Assembly (NCBI GenBank): GCA_963818475.1
Contig: CAWFSF010000002.1
Coordinates: forward strand, 768,001-832,000
DNA from: Nitrospirota bacterium
Lineage (GTDB): Bacteria; Nitrospirota; UBA9217
Reading direction: 5' to 3'
Length of the DNA: 64,000 bases
Both the position numbers and the translations under genes were made by a program. Numbering within the stretch: position 1 is the stretch's first letter; every line of letters begins with the position of its first letter. Below the pieces are notes generated by a model, which saw only the letters and a list, made by a program, of their open reading frames with translations, did no database searches and was not told where the DNA came from. Shown here one piece after another: positions 43,233 to 55,000 of the stretch.

Positions 43233-43400
43233 TGTCACCTTTCTTGCTTGCCCAAGAAAGGTGACCCAAAGAAGGGCACCCGGCGGAAATTCTTAACGCC
43301 ATGCTCGGTCGTCCTCGGTACATTTCGGAAACTCGCCCTTCGGGCTCAGACAGTCCGAAATGCTTCACCCTCGGACTCGGTCGCCTGGCTAAATTTTCGC
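43233..43400. repeat. Multi-hairpin intergenic repeat element
   Basis: GTCACCTTTCTTGCTTGCCCAAGAAAGGTGAC-CCAAAGAAGGGCACCC and TTCGGAAACTCGCCCTTCGGGCTCAGACAGTCCGAA. Confidence 0.6.
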
Positions 43401-43510
43401 ATGGGAACATGCAAGAATCTCCAATTCTAATCTTTACCCCAAACCCCGCATGCCCCGGAGCGGACCTACGAAGTTAAGGATCTCGAACATCATAGATGAT
43501 CGCGACGTTT

Positions 43511-44215
43511 CTATACGTCCTTACGTTTCACGCTTCCAGGCGTACTGTTCATTCACCGATCGATGAAGCTTAAAGGGCCTGATGCTGTCGCTCAAACGTT
43601 CTCCGAGAACCTCTATCTTTTTCAGATCAGCTTCACCCATGCCCTGTTCCGCGCAGTAATGCAGGTAACCGACGTCATGAAAGTCAACGCCCATGATCTC
43701 ACAGGCGACCCGGTCCGCTGCGAGTGCGTCAATGCTCGCTATGCCTGTTCCAGATGGACCAGATAGCCGCTATCAGGACCATCTCCTTCCATGCCTTCAA
43801 AGCCGTCGATGATTGCCAAACCCGGCCAGACGCGTCCGGCAAGTTCGGCAATAATAAGTGGTCAGCCTGACTCCCTGGTGTACGGCTTTCTTGTCATTTC
43901 CTGATGCTCCCCACGGCCATGTTTTTGACGGACAAGGTCACCACGACGGTATCATGCGTCTTCATTTTGGCGGCCAATGATAAAATTATCTTTGTCCCGT
44001 AACAGGCTGGAGAGCCTCACGGCAATCGTTTTCTTATCCCGGTCGATGAGCGAATACGTGCTCTGGGCCCTTGTTCAAGTCGATGAGCTCTATGTTATCT
44101 CCTGAAGAAGGCGCTCATACCGAAGTTCATAAATGCATTCCGGGTATCAGTCGCACGCTGCATCACGCAATTACGATCTTGTACCGGTAAATGCTTGTAA
44201 AGAGATCAAGGATGC
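43511..44215 (-). pseudogene. Indel-rich tandem copy of the DUF362 gene 3' part
   Basis: Near-identical to 44222-44936 but with many single-base deletions. Confidence 0.8.
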
Positions 44216-44231
44216 ATTATACTATACGTCC

Positions 44232-45110
44232 TTACGTTTCACGCTTCCAGGCGTACTGTTCATTCACCGATCGATGAAGCTTAAAGGGCCTGATGCTGTC
44301 GCTCAAACGTTCTCCGAGAACCTCTATCTTTTTCAGATCAGCTTCACCCATGCCCTGTTCCGCGCAGTAATGCAGGTAACCGACGTCATGAAAGTCAACG
44401 CCCATGATCTCACAGGCGACCCGGTCCGCTGCGAGTGCGTCAATGCTCGCTATGCCTGTTCCCAGATGGACCGGATCGCCGCTTATCGGACCATCTCCTT
44501 CCATGCCTTCAAAGCCGTCGATGATTGCCAAACCCGGCCAGACGCGTCCGGCAAGTTCGGCAATAATGAAGTTGGTCAGCCTGACTCCCTGGTGTACGGC
44601 TTTCTTGTCATTTCCTACGATGCTCCCCACGGCCATGTTTTTGACGGACAAGGTCACCACGACGGTATCATGCGTCTTCATTTTGGCGGCCGAAATGATA
44701 AAATTATCTTTGTCCCGTAACAGGCTGGAGAGCCTCACGGCAATCGTTTTCTTATCCCGGTCGATGAGCGAATACGTCTCATACGGGCCCTTGTTCAAGT
44801 CGATGAGCTCTATGTTATATTCCTGAAGAAGGCGCTCATACCCGAAGTTCATAAATGCCTTCCGGGTATCGTAGCACGCTGCCTCCGCAATTACGATCTT
44901 GTCCCGGTAAATGCTTGTAAAGAAATCAAGGATGCCCCGTATCTGCTCGACATGGCTCGATGCGAGCTGTTTTGTTGAAGAAACGAAGTTGGGTTTTATT
45001 ACGGGTCGCCGGGAAGCCAGTCCTCTGGTAATGTCATCGGCGATAAGGTCGAGGGACCTCCTCGCAATTTCTCTCCTATCGCCGCCTTTTATGAGTGATA
45101 CCCGTGCCAT
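44232..45110 (-). CDS. DUF362 protein
   Basis: IKPNFV, KMKTH, TLSVKN, IIDGFEGMEGDGP, DALAAD. Confidence 0.88.
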   Translation of the reverse strand: MARVSLIKGGDRREIARRSLDLIADDITRGLASRRPVIKPNFVSSTKQLASSHVEQIRGILDFFTSIYRDKIVIAEAACYDTRKAFMNFGYERLLQEYNIELIDLNKGPYETYSLIDRDKKTIAVRLSSLLRDKDNFIISAAKMKTHDTVVVTLSVKNMAVGSIVGNDKKAVHQGVRLTNFIIAELAGRVWPGLAIIDGFEGMEGDGPISGDPVHLGTGIASIDALAADRVACEIMGVDFHDVGYLHYCAEQGMGEADLKKIEVLGERLSDSIRPFKLHRSVNEQYAWKRET

Positions 45111-45270
45111 GTGATTTTATTGTAATGGGTCTTCTCCTTTTTGGATGGGTAAGTAAACCTACCGCCCCTGCATCCCGTGAGCATCGCTGCGAACTGCGGT
45201 GCAGAAAAAAGAAAGATCTCGCTCCTCCTGAAAAATGTGCCGTATTGTCATTCACCGCTTGAAGCATGCA

Positions 45271-46272
45271 TCATCCCTTCAACAATAAGGCTGTCAACCT
45301 TTCAGCATACTGCCTGCCTGCCGCGTCATCCGTCACGATCTCGATGTCCTCGGGACGTGATACGCCCAGTCCGAGTTCAACGGCCCTCGCAATCTGTTCC
45401 TGCCCAAAGATCTTCTTCTCCATTATGGCCTTGTTGCTGCCCAGCTCTTTTAAGATCGACAGCCCGACGGCGTCGATCGCGATCCGGTCGGTCCCGGCGA
45501 GTATGACGTTCCCCTGTTTCACGGGGCCGTGCGAAGGGCCTTTGTCCACAAAGGCATCGATGCCATCCAGCAGGATCAGGGAGGGCCGGTAGGCCGTGTT
45601 GATCTCGGCGATCATCTTGCGCATGTTGAAAAAAGAGGTATGGAGCTCAGTCAGGTTCTTCTTGTTGGTGACGCCCACGGAGAGCTTGAGCGACAGGGTG
45701 AAAACCCCGCCATAACCGTGCGTCTTGAGGCAGCAGGTCGTCACGATGCACGGTGAGTCGACCACGGGTTTGGCGACGAGAAAGCCGTTCCGCCAGTTAC
45801 TCCCTTCGGGCTGGAACCGCACCCATGCATTTTGCGTCAGGTCCTCGAAATTGATGATGCGGACATCGTGTTCTTTGCAAAGCTCGTAGACACCTTTCTC
45901 CCGCATTACGTCGGCCGTATCGGGGGGCCCGCTCCGCTCGCCGAGGGTGATGCTTTTTGCGCCCATTGCCTTGAGCTTCAGTATGAGGTGGACGAGTGTG
46001 TCGTTATGGGTCGAACCGGGGAACGGGTCCGCGGTATTGAAGTTCGGCTTGAGCAGAACGTCCTTTCCGTTCACCGGATCAGTGTTCAGCAGGTCAACGG
46101 CCCTGCTGATGGCTGCAGCCCTGTCTCGGGTCCTCACCAGCGATACGGTTGCTTTGCTGCGTTTCGGGCCGTTCTTCACCTCTTTGCTCACTTCAGTGCC
46201 TCCCCTGGCCTTTCCTGCAGCAGCGGAGATCGCCCCGCCTGCCATGGTCATCAAAAACTCTCGCCTGTTCAT
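45271..46272 (-). CDS. DUF362 protein with Tat signal
   Basis: MNRREFL; LLKPNFN, LKTH, TLSLK, DRIAID. Confidence 0.88.
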   Translation of the reverse strand: MNRREFLMTMAGGAISAAAGKARGGTEVSKEVKNGPKRSKATVSLVRTRDRAAAISRAVDLLNTDPVNGKDVLLKPNFNTADPFPGSTHNDTLVHLILKLKAMGAKSITLGERSGPPDTADVMREKGVYELCKEHDVRIINFEDLTQNAWVRFQPEGSNWRNGFLVAKPVVDSPCIVTTCCLKTHGYGGVFTLSLKLSVGVTNKKNLTELHTSFFNMRKMIAEINTAYRPSLILLDGIDAFVDKGPSHGPVKQGNVILAGTDRIAIDAVGLSILKELGSNKAIMEKKIFGQEQIARAVELGLGVSRPEDIEIVTDDAAGRQYAERLTALLLKG

Positions 46273-46275
46273 GGC

Positions 46276-46848
46276 TCACCTCTGTATGCCCCCGTCCGGG
46301 CATTTTTCCAGCGCCGTGTTTTTTATGACTCCGCACCGGCTCCTGCATGCGAAGCAGAATTCCGGCTCCTTCACGTCCGTGTCCCTGAGACTGTTCGAGA
46401 AATGCATGACGCACCGGGGGTCCGGGCAGTGTCCGAGACCGCAGGCGTGGCCCACTTCGTGAATTGCTTCTTTCGCTGCCCTTAGGAGAAAGAGTTCCCG
46501 GTCCGGTTCGAGACCATAATACTCCTGCCGCAGCCGCGGGAGCTCGATGATCGCGGTCCGGGCGAGCATATCCGCCTCGCCGAACACGAAGTTGAGCTCC
46601 GGAACGTAGAGGTCTTGATCGATCACGCCGAGAACGATGTCGCACCCTCCGGGTTTCAAGGCCTCCAGTGCTTTCAAGATCCTCGTTGAATGATACTGCC
46701 CTTTTCGTGCGTTATAGGTCTTGTCCGGAATCGGCACCGCATCGCCGATACCGGTCTCGCTTCCGTAGATTTCCCGCAGCGCGCTGGCGATGGAGTCGAG
46801 GGTGTTTTGATCCGCTTCGCCGATGGGGATAATAACGATCTTTATCAT
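46276..46848 (-). CDS. Archaemetzincin (peptidase M54)
   Basis: LNFVFGEA, HEVGHACGLGHC...CVMHFS...FC..C. Confidence 0.92.
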   Translation of the reverse strand: MIKIVIIPIGEADQNTLDSIASALREIYGSETGIGDAVPIPDKTYNARKGQYHSTRILKALEALKPGGCDIVLGVIDQDLYVPELNFVFGEADMLARTAIIELPRLRQEYYGLEPDRELFLLRAAKEAIHEVGHACGLGHCPDPRCVMHFSNSLRDTDVKEPEFCFACRSRCGVIKNTALEKCPDGGIQR

Positions 46849-47588
46849 GGCATCTCCTGCTCAAAAACGCCGTAGGTTCCGCGCAGGGGAATGTAGAGCA
46901 CCTGGCAAATGACCGTCCGAGCCATGCCCTGTTCTGTTCTGACGAGCATCACGAGGTTCTGTATTCCCTGTTCGACCACAGGACCGATGATCCGGCCGCC
47001 GACCGCGAGTTCGTCGATCAGCGGGGGTGGCATTGCCGCGCACGCAGCGGTTATGCAGATGCGGTCATAGGGCGCCCGGTCAGGATATCCGAAACCTCCG
47101 TCGCCCTGTACGAGTATGATGTCTGTGTAGCCCGCCTTTTCGATATTGTTCTTCGCGAACTGGTACGTGAGGGGATCGATCTCCACGGACACGACGAGAC
47201 CACGCTCCCCCACGATCTCCCGCGCAAGCGCGGTGCCGTAGCCCGAGCCCAGGCCGATCTCAAGGAACCGGTGGCCTTCGTCCAGGCCCAGAGGCTCATA
47301 GAAGAGCGGGTAGCTGTGCGGGCATGAGATGGTCGCCCGTTCCCCCGGGAGCCGGAGCGGCACCTCCCGGTAGGCGTAGTCCCGGAACAGGCGCGGGATG
47401 AACTGCTCTCGCTGGACCGTGAGCATCGCCTGTCTGATGCGGCCGGAGTGGAGAAATCCGCGCTGCATCAGCCACCGGACCTTCTCTTCCCGTTCTTCCC
47501 TGAACTCCTCCACCGTCTTCGTCGGCTCCTTCGGCGGAGGCACGACCCAGCCCTGTATCGTCCAGGGACTTCGCTCCTTTTCGTTCAT
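46845..47588 (-). CDS. pcm: Protein-L-isoaspartate O-methyltransferase
   Basis: TISCPH, LEIGLGSGY, GDGGFG, APYDRI. Confidence 0.85.
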   Translation of the reverse strand: MNEKERSPWTIQGWVVPPPKEPTKTVEEFREEREEKVRWLMQRGFLHSGRIRQAMLTVQREQFIPRLFRDYAYREVPLRLPGERATISCPHSYPLFYEPLGLDEGHRFLEIGLGSGYGTALAREIVGERGLVVSVEIDPLTYQFAKNNIEKAGYTDIILVQGDGGFGYPDRAPYDRICITAACAAMPPPLIDELAVGGRIIGPVVEQGIQNLVMLVRTEQGMARTVICQVLYIPLRGTYGVFEQEMP

Positions 47589-47740
47589 TGCCCCCCTCCG
47601 CCGGTCCTGCGGCGCCGCTTTTTTCCGACAAGCATGAGTGAGAGCGGCTGTTCCTGTTCAGGAAGATGGAGAACTGTTCGTACTTGTTCGTCATGGAACG
47701 AACCGATGACCACGGCACAGAGTCCAGTTGCATGGCCTGT
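47585..47740 (-). pseudogene. C-terminal remnant of a SagB/ThcOx-type nitroreductase
   Basis: ATGLCAVVIGSFHDEQVRTVLHLPEQEQPLSLMLVGK; no intact start. Confidence 0.5.
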
Positions 47741-47873
47741 CGGACATAGGAGTATTGTAGCACGATCCCCGCGGTCTGCGCCGATGATCGCTTCTGCTGA
47801 CGCCCGATCGGTGTTATCATAAGCTTAGCAAAAAGCGGCATACTATTTTTCAGGATCCGGATGCGGCGGGCAA

Positions 47874-48061
47874 ATGGAACATCGGAACTTCATACTGGCC
47901 TATCTCAAGCTTCCTTCCGGCATATTGACGGAAAAGGCCGAAATTGCGGAAAAAATGCTCAAGAGCTGCAAACTCTGCCCCCGTGAGTGCAGGGTCGACA
48001 GGACCGCAGGCAAGCGGAGATTCTGCAGAACAGGGGACAAGCCCTTTGTTTCGAGCTGGGG
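47874..48061 (+). pseudogene. 5' remnant duplicate of the PflX-like radical SAM gene
   Basis: 47885-48061 matches 16146-16322. Confidence 0.85.
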
Positions 48062-48229
48062 AACTGCTGGGTCGTCCCGATCCGCTTCATTCGATTGTTT
48101 TCGTCTTTCGGTGAGCGCAATTTGGTGACCTGCATCACAGTAAAAATTACCTGGCCGGGCTATTATATCGTACCGGAACTTTTGTCCGCTGACGGCATCG
48201 GTCCCGTGAAGGCGAAATGCGAGGGAGCA

Positions 48230-50026
48230 ATGATTAATTCGAAAGGCCTGTTAAAACTGATTGCCCTCCTGGGCATCGTCGCGGTGATCGGCTGCTGCAT
48301 CTACGCATGGCAACACTATCAAGCCGGCGAGAAGGACCGGATCAGCTACACCGCTTTCATTGACAAGGTAAATTCCGGGCAGGTCGCGAACGTCAGGATG
48401 GAAGGCGACGAGATCACGGCCGACGGGAGGTCCGGGGCGAAGTACCGCCTCTTCAGGCCTCTGGACGCTGAGCTGTCGAAGCTGCTCCTCGCGAAGCATA
48501 TCGATCTTTCCGCAAAGCCCCGGTCCACGCGCATGGGATGGTTCGAGCTGGCCATGGTGCTTGTGGTGATGACGTCCCTTTTCTTCGTCATGAAGAAGGT
48601 GGCCGTGTTCGGCCGAAGCAAGGCGAAGCCCGTGGACGGGTCGCTTTCAAAAACGTATTTCCGGGATGTGGCCGGGGCAGTAGAGGCAAAAGCCGACCTT
48701 CTGGAAACCGTCGACTTTTTAAAGGACCCGATGAAGTTCACGAAGCTCGGGGGCAAAATGCCGACCGGCGTGCTTCTCGTCGGCCCTCCGGGTACGGGGA
48801 AAACCCTGCTGGCGCGGGCCGTAGCAGGCGAGGCGGGCGTCCCGTTCTTTGCGATGTCCGGATCGGAATTCGTCGAAATGTATGTCGGCGTCGGCGCTTC
48901 CCGGGTGCGAGATCTTTTTAAGGAAGGAAAAAAAGCTTCTCCCTGCATCATCTTTATCGACGAGCTCGACGCGGTGGGACGCCGGCGCGACGGGGGCGGC
49001 AGCGGCGCAAATGACGAGCGTGACCAGACCCTGAACCAGCTGCTCGTGGAAATGGACGGGTTCACCATAAACCCGGGAGTCGTCGTGATCGCCGCCACAA
49101 ACCGGCCCGAGGTGCTGGACCGGGCGCTTCTCCGTCCCGGCCGCTTCGATCGCCAGGTGGTTGTCGGCGCCCCTGATATCAGGGGACGCGAGGAGATCCT
49201 CACGGTCCATACCCGCACGGTCCCCCTGGGCGCGGACGTCGATCTGCGGATACTTGCCCGGGGAACACCCGGCCTCTCGGGAGCCGATCTTGCCAGCGTG
49301 GTGAATGAGGCAGCGATCCTCGCGGCCCGATCGAACAAACCCGTCGTTGAAATGGCTGACTTTGAAGCCGCGAAGGACAAAGTGGTGATGGGCGCCGAGA
49401 GGAAATCAATGGTGCTCTCGGAAGCATCGAAATTGCGAACGGCCTGGCATGAAGCCGGCCACGTGATGGTGGCGAAGCTGGTCCCCGGGTGCGATCCGGT
49501 CCATAAGGTGTCGATCATCCCGAGGGGACGGGCGCTCGGGGTCACCGTGCAGATCCCGGAAGAAGACATCCTGTGCTACACGAGAGAGATGCTGGTCGGC
49601 CACCTCAAGGTGCTCATGGGGGGCCGGGCCGCCGAGGAACTGGTGTTCCGTACGACGACGACCGGGGCGGGCAACGACCTCGCGCGGGCGACGGAGATGG
49701 CGCGGAAGATGGTCTGCCAGTGGGGCATGTCGGACGCATTCGGGCCGGTCGCGTTCGGCAATCACGACAGCGCCGGTTCCAATGAGGACGGGGGGCAGGC
49801 GATGAAGAATTTCAGCGATGCGACGGCGCTCGAGATCGACTCCGAGATCCGGTCGATCGTGACCGCGGCGTACGCTGACGTCCGGACGCTCCTGCAGACG
49901 CACATCGAGATGCTGAAGGCCCTTGTTGCGGAACTGGTCGCGAATGAAACCCTGACCAGCGCTGAAATAGATTCGATCCTGGAACGGACGCCGGCAGGGG
50001 CCGTAAAGGCAAGTCACCGCAGTTGA
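48230..50026 (+). CDS. ftsH: ATP-dependent zinc metalloprotease FtsH
   Basis: Two TM segments, [26 protein letters not shown]. Confidence 0.93.
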   Translation: MINSKGLLKLIALLGIVAVIGCCIYAWQHYQAGEKDRISYTAFIDKVNSGQVANVRMEGDEITADGRSGAKYRLFRPLDAELSKLLLAKHIDLSAKPRSTRMGWFELAMVLVVMTSLFFVMKKVAVFGRSKAKPVDGSLSKTYFRDVAGAVEAKADLLETVDFLKDPMKFTKLGGKMPTGVLLVGPPGTGKTLLARAVAGEAGVPFFAMSGSEFVEMYVGVGASRVRDLFKEGKKASPCIIFIDELDAVGRRRDGGGSGANDERDQTLNQLLVEMDGFTINPGVVVIAATNRPEVLDRALLRPGRFDRQVVVGAPDIRGREEILTVHTRTVPLGADVDLRILARGTPGLSGADLASVVNEAAILAARSNKPVVEMADFEAAKDKVVMGAERKSMVLSEASKLRTAWHEAGHVMVAKLVPGCDPVHKVSIIPRGRALGVTVQIPEEDILCYTREMLVGHLKVLMGGRAAEELVFRTTTTGAGNDLARATEMARKMVCQWGMSDAFGPVAFGNHDSAGSNEDGGQAMKNFSDATALEIDSEIRSIVTAAYADVRTLLQTHIEMLKALVAELVANETLTSAEIDSILERTPAGAVKASHRS

Positions 50027-50105
50027 TCCGGCTGATCGAACATGGCCCGGCCACATGCGGTCCTGTTGCATTATTTCGGCCTGTCATGGTATAGTACGCC
50101 GGTCT

Positions 50106-51962
50106 ATGAAGAACCTGCACGAAATGCCCCTGCTCGCATTGTTCTCTTCATCCAATTATTCCTTTAATCTCCATGCAGTCCCCCCGCTCATCACGGCCTT
50201 TTCCGTATTACTTCTCGGTTTGATCGTTGTTGTCCGGGAAAAGGGGTCCCGCGTCAGCCTGCTCTATCTCAGCTACACCCTGGCTGCCTGTGCATGGCTC
50301 TTCTCCGCTTCCATGGCTTTATTTATGTCGTCGGAAGAGAGCGCATTCGAATGGATGAGGTTCGCCAACGCGGGAGTCACGGTGATTCCCGCCGCGCTGT
50401 ACCACTTTACCGTCGTGGTGCTGGGGCTGGAAAAGGGGCACCGAACGCGCATCTGGTTCGCGTGGGCGGTTTCAACGCTCTTTCTGGCGATCTCGCTGCT
50501 GACGAACGTCCTGTTCGACGGGTTCCATCACTACTCCTGGGGCATCTTCCTGAAATTCCGGCGGCCTGCTTTTCTGTTCATATTCTATTTCTTCGTCATG
50601 ACGGCCGACACGCTGAGACTCTATTGGCTCGAGTACCGGAAGGCAGACCGGAATACGACGAAGCACCGCCGTGCACGGGAGTTTCTTATCGCCTTCAGCA
50701 TCGGCTATCTCGGCACGCTCGACTTCCTCCCCGCCGTCGGGGTTCCCTATTACCCCCTCAGCTCTGTCCCGATGATCTGTATGCTTATCCTCGTTTCACG
50801 CGCGATCTGGCGGTATCGTCTCGTGGACATCACTCCGGCGTTCGCCGCGCGCGAGATCATCGATACCATGAACGATGCGCTGATCGTGGTGGATCCCGAG
50901 AGGGTAGTCAGACTGGTCAATCAGGCAACGTGCAGCCTCCTCGGCTGTCGTGAACAGGACCTCATCGGCAGGCGGCCCGTAGAAGGCATGGCAGCGTGCC
51001 GGCAATTCGCGGAACAGTTCGAGACGTTCATCGAGAAGGGCGCGGTCGGGAACATTGAAGCCGAGTGCTGCCCGCACAACGGCGTTTTTCGAACGTTCAG
51101 CATGTCTGCTTCCATCATGCGGAACCCGAGTGGAGAACCGGTGGCAACCGTCTGCCTGGTGAACGACATCACCGACCGCAAGCGTGCCGAAAAGGAGCGG
51201 GAGCATCTGATCGAACAGCTTCAGGAGGCGAACGAGAAACTTCAGTCGATCGATAAAATGAAGACGAATTTCGTTTCCACGGTCTCCCACGAGCTTCGTA
51301 CGCCGCTCACCACCATTAAGGCCTTCGTCGAACTGCTGCTGATGAAGCAGGGCATGCCGGAAGAGAAAAAAGTGAAGCTGATGAGCACGATCAATGCCGA
51401 GACCGACCGGCTTGCACGCCTCGTCACGGAGCTGCTGGATCTGGCCAGGATCGAGTCCGGTGCCATGAACTGGACGGTGGAAGAAGTGTGCCTCGAAGAA
51501 GTCATCAGGAACGTCATGAGGAGCATGGAGGTTTTGTTCGAGAACAAAGGTCTTCGGGTGAGCACTGCGTTCAGCTCACCCCTCTCCCGTCTCTCCGGTG
51601 ACCGCGACCGTCTCATTCAGGTCGTGACCAACCTCCTTTCGAATGCGGTCAAGTTCACCCGGACGGGAGATGCGATCCATGTTGCAGTACGGCAGGAGGC
51701 TTCCCCGGCGCAGATCGTGGTCGAGATCTCCGATACCGGCATTGGCATACCAGAAGAGGATCTCGGGCTGATTTTCGAGACGTTTCAACGGTCGGAAGAC
51801 AAGCGAATTGCCGCGATCGAAGGCAGCGGTCTCGGCCTTGCCATAACACGCCTGCTCGTCGAACACCATGGCGGCAGGATATGGGCCACGAGTACGTACG
51901 GGAAGGGGAGTACGTTCACGTTTACCCTGCCCCTTCCGACTCCTCCTGCTCAAAGATGCTGA
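50106..51962 (+). CDS. 7TM-PAS sensor histidine kinase
   Basis: Multi-TM N-terminus, PAS, SHELRTPL, NLLSNAVKF, GSGLGL. Confidence 0.9.
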   Translation: MKNLHEMPLLALFSSSNYSFNLHAVPPLITAFSVLLLGLIVVVREKGSRVSLLYLSYTLAACAWLFSASMALFMSSEESAFEWMRFANAGVTVIPAALYHFTVVVLGLEKGHRTRIWFAWAVSTLFLAISLLTNVLFDGFHHYSWGIFLKFRRPAFLFIFYFFVMTADTLRLYWLEYRKADRNTTKHRRAREFLIAFSIGYLGTLDFLPAVGVPYYPLSSVPMICMLILVSRAIWRYRLVDITPAFAAREIIDTMNDALIVVDPERVVRLVNQATCSLLGCREQDLIGRRPVEGMAACRQFAEQFETFIEKGAVGNIEAECCPHNGVFRTFSMSASIMRNPSGEPVATVCLVNDITDRKRAEKEREHLIEQLQEANEKLQSIDKMKTNFVSTVSHELRTPLTTIKAFVELLLMKQGMPEEKKVKLMSTINAETDRLARLVTELLDLARIESGAMNWTVEEVCLEEVIRNVMRSMEVLFENKGLRVSTAFSSPLSRLSGDRDRLIQVVTNLLSNAVKFTRTGDAIHVAVRQEASPAQIVVEISDTGIGIPEEDLGLIFETFQRSEDKRIAAIEGSGLGLAITRLLVEHHGGRIWATSTYGKGSTFTFTLPLPTPPAQRC

Positions 51963-52031
51963 TCGAACAGGGTCCGGCCGTACGCTGTCCTGTTGCATTA
52001 TTTCGGCCGGTCATGGTATAGTGGGCGGCCT

Positions 52032-55000
52032 ATGAAGAACCTGCGCGATATGCTCCTGCCTGTTGTAAGCGAGATCCGGGCGGGAAAAAGAACGATAGAA
52101 GTGAGCGAACTCTGGGGGGCCTCAAAGGCCCTTTTTTTGTTCGGCCTGCAGCAAGAGACCCGGAGCCCCCTCATCGTGGTGACGGCAACGGGTGATGAAG
52201 CGGAGACGCTCGTTTCGGACCTGGAGTTCTTCGGCAGGACGATCTTCGCAAAAGAAGGGCAGCCCTTGCCCGAACTCCGCAGCTTCCCGTCCTGGGGACT
52301 TATTGCCCTTTGAAGCCGACTCGCCTGACAGCCGCACCGTGGGCGAGCGCATGCATTTTCTCTACAGCCTCATCTCCGGCCTGCCGGGCATCTATGTGGT
52401 GCCGGCCCAGTCGCTCCTGCAGAAGCTTCCGCCCTGGGAGCTCTTTGTCGATTCCGTCAGAACGATCAAAGCAGCAGCCCGGCTCGACCCCGAAAACCTT
52501 ATTGCTTCGCTCGTGGCAACTGGCTACGAATCGTCCTCGCTCGTCACGCGCGTAGGCGAGTTCAGCAGGCGCGGCGGCATCGTCGATCTCTTTTCTCCGC
52601 TCCATGAGCAGCCTGTGCGCCTGGAGTTCTTCGGCGACACCATCGAGTCCATGAGAAGCTTCGATCCCGAGACGCAGCGCTCAACGGGAGACCAGTCCGA
52701 GGTGGTGGTGCTGCCGGTGCGTGAGCTGATCGTCACGGACCAGGGCAGAGAGCGCTTTCAAAGCCGCGTCGACGATGAAGCTCTGCATGACCAGCTGAGC
52801 GAAGGCACGCTCATGCCCGGCGTCGAAAGCCTGGCCCCGTTCTTCTACGACATGGAAAGCCTGTTCCGCTATCTGCCGACCGAAAGTCTTGTAGCGCTGA
52901 TCGAGCCCGACGATATCAACAAAGCGATCGATGAGCAGGGGCAGAAGATAGAAACCGGACGCGAAGAAGAGATCGAGGAAGGCAGGGTCCTGCCGGAAAC
53001 TGGCAGAACTCTACCTTGACCAGGAAGGTGTTCGTACCGGGCTTTCAAACTTCCCCGTGCTCGACCATCCGTCTGCTCGGCACCGGGGTCGGACACCGTC
53101 TCGATACGAAGTCCGCATCGTGGCTCGGCGTGCGGCTCACCAAACCGATCAGCCTGGGAGAGCAGGAACGGGAGCGGGAGTCCCTTGAAGGGACCATGGC
53201 CGGACTGGTGGAGAAGCTGAAGCGGTTGCGAACGGAAAGCCGCGTGGCTGTTGTCTGCGGCACTGATGAGGCTGCCGCGCGGCTCAAGAAGCTGTTCTGC
53301 TGAATACGGCCTGAGCGTGGTGGTCAGCGATCATGTGACGGGCCAGGAGACCGGGCCCTGGCCGATCCTGGTGATGGTCAACCGGCTGTCCGAAGGGTTC
53401 CTGTGGCAGGAGCTGGGCCTCGCCTTCATCACGGAAGAGGAGATCTTCGGCAGGAAGGTCCATCGCCCTGCTGCGCCGCGGTCGAAGGTCGCGCCCTTCC
53501 TTTCATCCTTCAAGGAGCTGAAGCCCGGCGATTTCGTGGTGCATACGGATTACGGCGTGGGCGAATACCAGGGCCTGACGCACATCAGCCTGGACGGGTT
53601 CGAGACGGATTTCCTGACGCTGCGCTACGAGCCTGACGTGAAGCTGTACGTCCCGCTCTACAGCCTCGACAAGGTGCAGAAGTACATCGGCGTCGAGGGC
53701 TCGGCGCCGAAGCTCGACCGGCTGGGCGCGCCTGCCTGGGCAAAGACCAAGGCGAAGGTGAAGAAGGACATCCTTGCCATGGCGCAGGAGCTGGTGGCGA
53801 TCTACGCCGCGCGCGAGGCCCAGACCCGCGCTGCCTTCACCCCGCCGGACAATCTCTACCGCGAGTTCGAGTCCGCCTTCCCCTATCGAGGAGACGCCGG
53901 ACCAGCAGAAGGCCATCGATGACGTGCTTTCCGACATGCAGCGGCCGCGGCCCATGGACCGCGTGGTCTGCGGCGATGTGGGCTACGGCAAGACCGAGGT
54001 CGCGCTCCGGGCCGCGTTCAAGGCCGTGGAGGACGGCATGCAGGCTGCCGTGCTCGTGCCGACGACGCTTCTGGCGGAGCAGCATTTCCGCACCTTCTCG
54101 GAGCGGCTCGCGCCCTTCTCGATCCGCGTGGAGATGCTTTCCCGCTTCCGCACGCAAAGCGGAGCAGCAGGAGACGCTCAAGGGCCTGAAGAGCGGGACG
54201 GTGGACTTCGTGATCGGAACGCACCGTCTGCTCCAGAAGGACATGGTGTTCAAGAACCTGGGCCTTCTGGTGGTGGACGAGGAGCACAAGTTCGGCGTGA
54301 AGCACAAGGAGCGCATCAAGGAGTTCAAAAAGCTCGTGGACGTGCTGACGCTCACGGCCACGCCGATCCCGCGCACGCTCCATATGTCGCTCGCCGGCAT
54401 CCGCGACCTCTCGATCATCCAGACGCCGCCGCTCGACCGCCAGGCCATCCAGGTGGTCGCTGGCGCGCTTCGGCAAGCGCGTGATCCGCGAGGCGATCCT
54501 GCGCGAGCTCGAGCGGGGCGGCCAGGTCTTCTTCGTGCATAACCGCGTGCAGGGCATCGAGCGCATGGCCGATTTCGTCCAGAACCTCGTGCCCGAGGCA
54601 AAGGTCGGCATTGCCCACGGCCAGCTGAAAGAGGACGAGATCGAGGACGTGATGACGAAGTTCATCGCAGGCACGAGCTGAACGTGCTCGTGACCACGAC
54701 GATCATCGAGTCAGGCATCGATATCCCCACGGCGAACACGATCATCATCAACCGCGCCGACCGCTTCGGTCTGGCGGACCTCTACCAGATCAAGGGCCGC
54801 GTCGGCAGGAGCAGGGAGAAGGCCTACGCGATCCTGCTTGCGCCGGCAGACGAGGCGCTCACGGAAACGGCGCGCAAGCGGCTCCGGGCCATCCAGGAGC
54901 TGTCCGAGCTCGGCGCCGGCTTCCGCATCGCGGCCCAGGACCTGGAGACCCGGGGCGCCGGCAATCTGCTCGGCAAGCAGCAGTCGGGCCATATCGCGGC

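Noticed and set aside
43511-44936. Tandem DUF362 duplication as a diversifying (DGR-like) repeat pair
   Set aside because: Differences are mostly small deletions, not A-specific substitutions, and there is no reverse transcriptase; probably an assembly artefact
48346-49569. Long antisense ORFs (407 aa here and others)
   Set aside because: Shadow frames of GC-rich genes on the opposite strand
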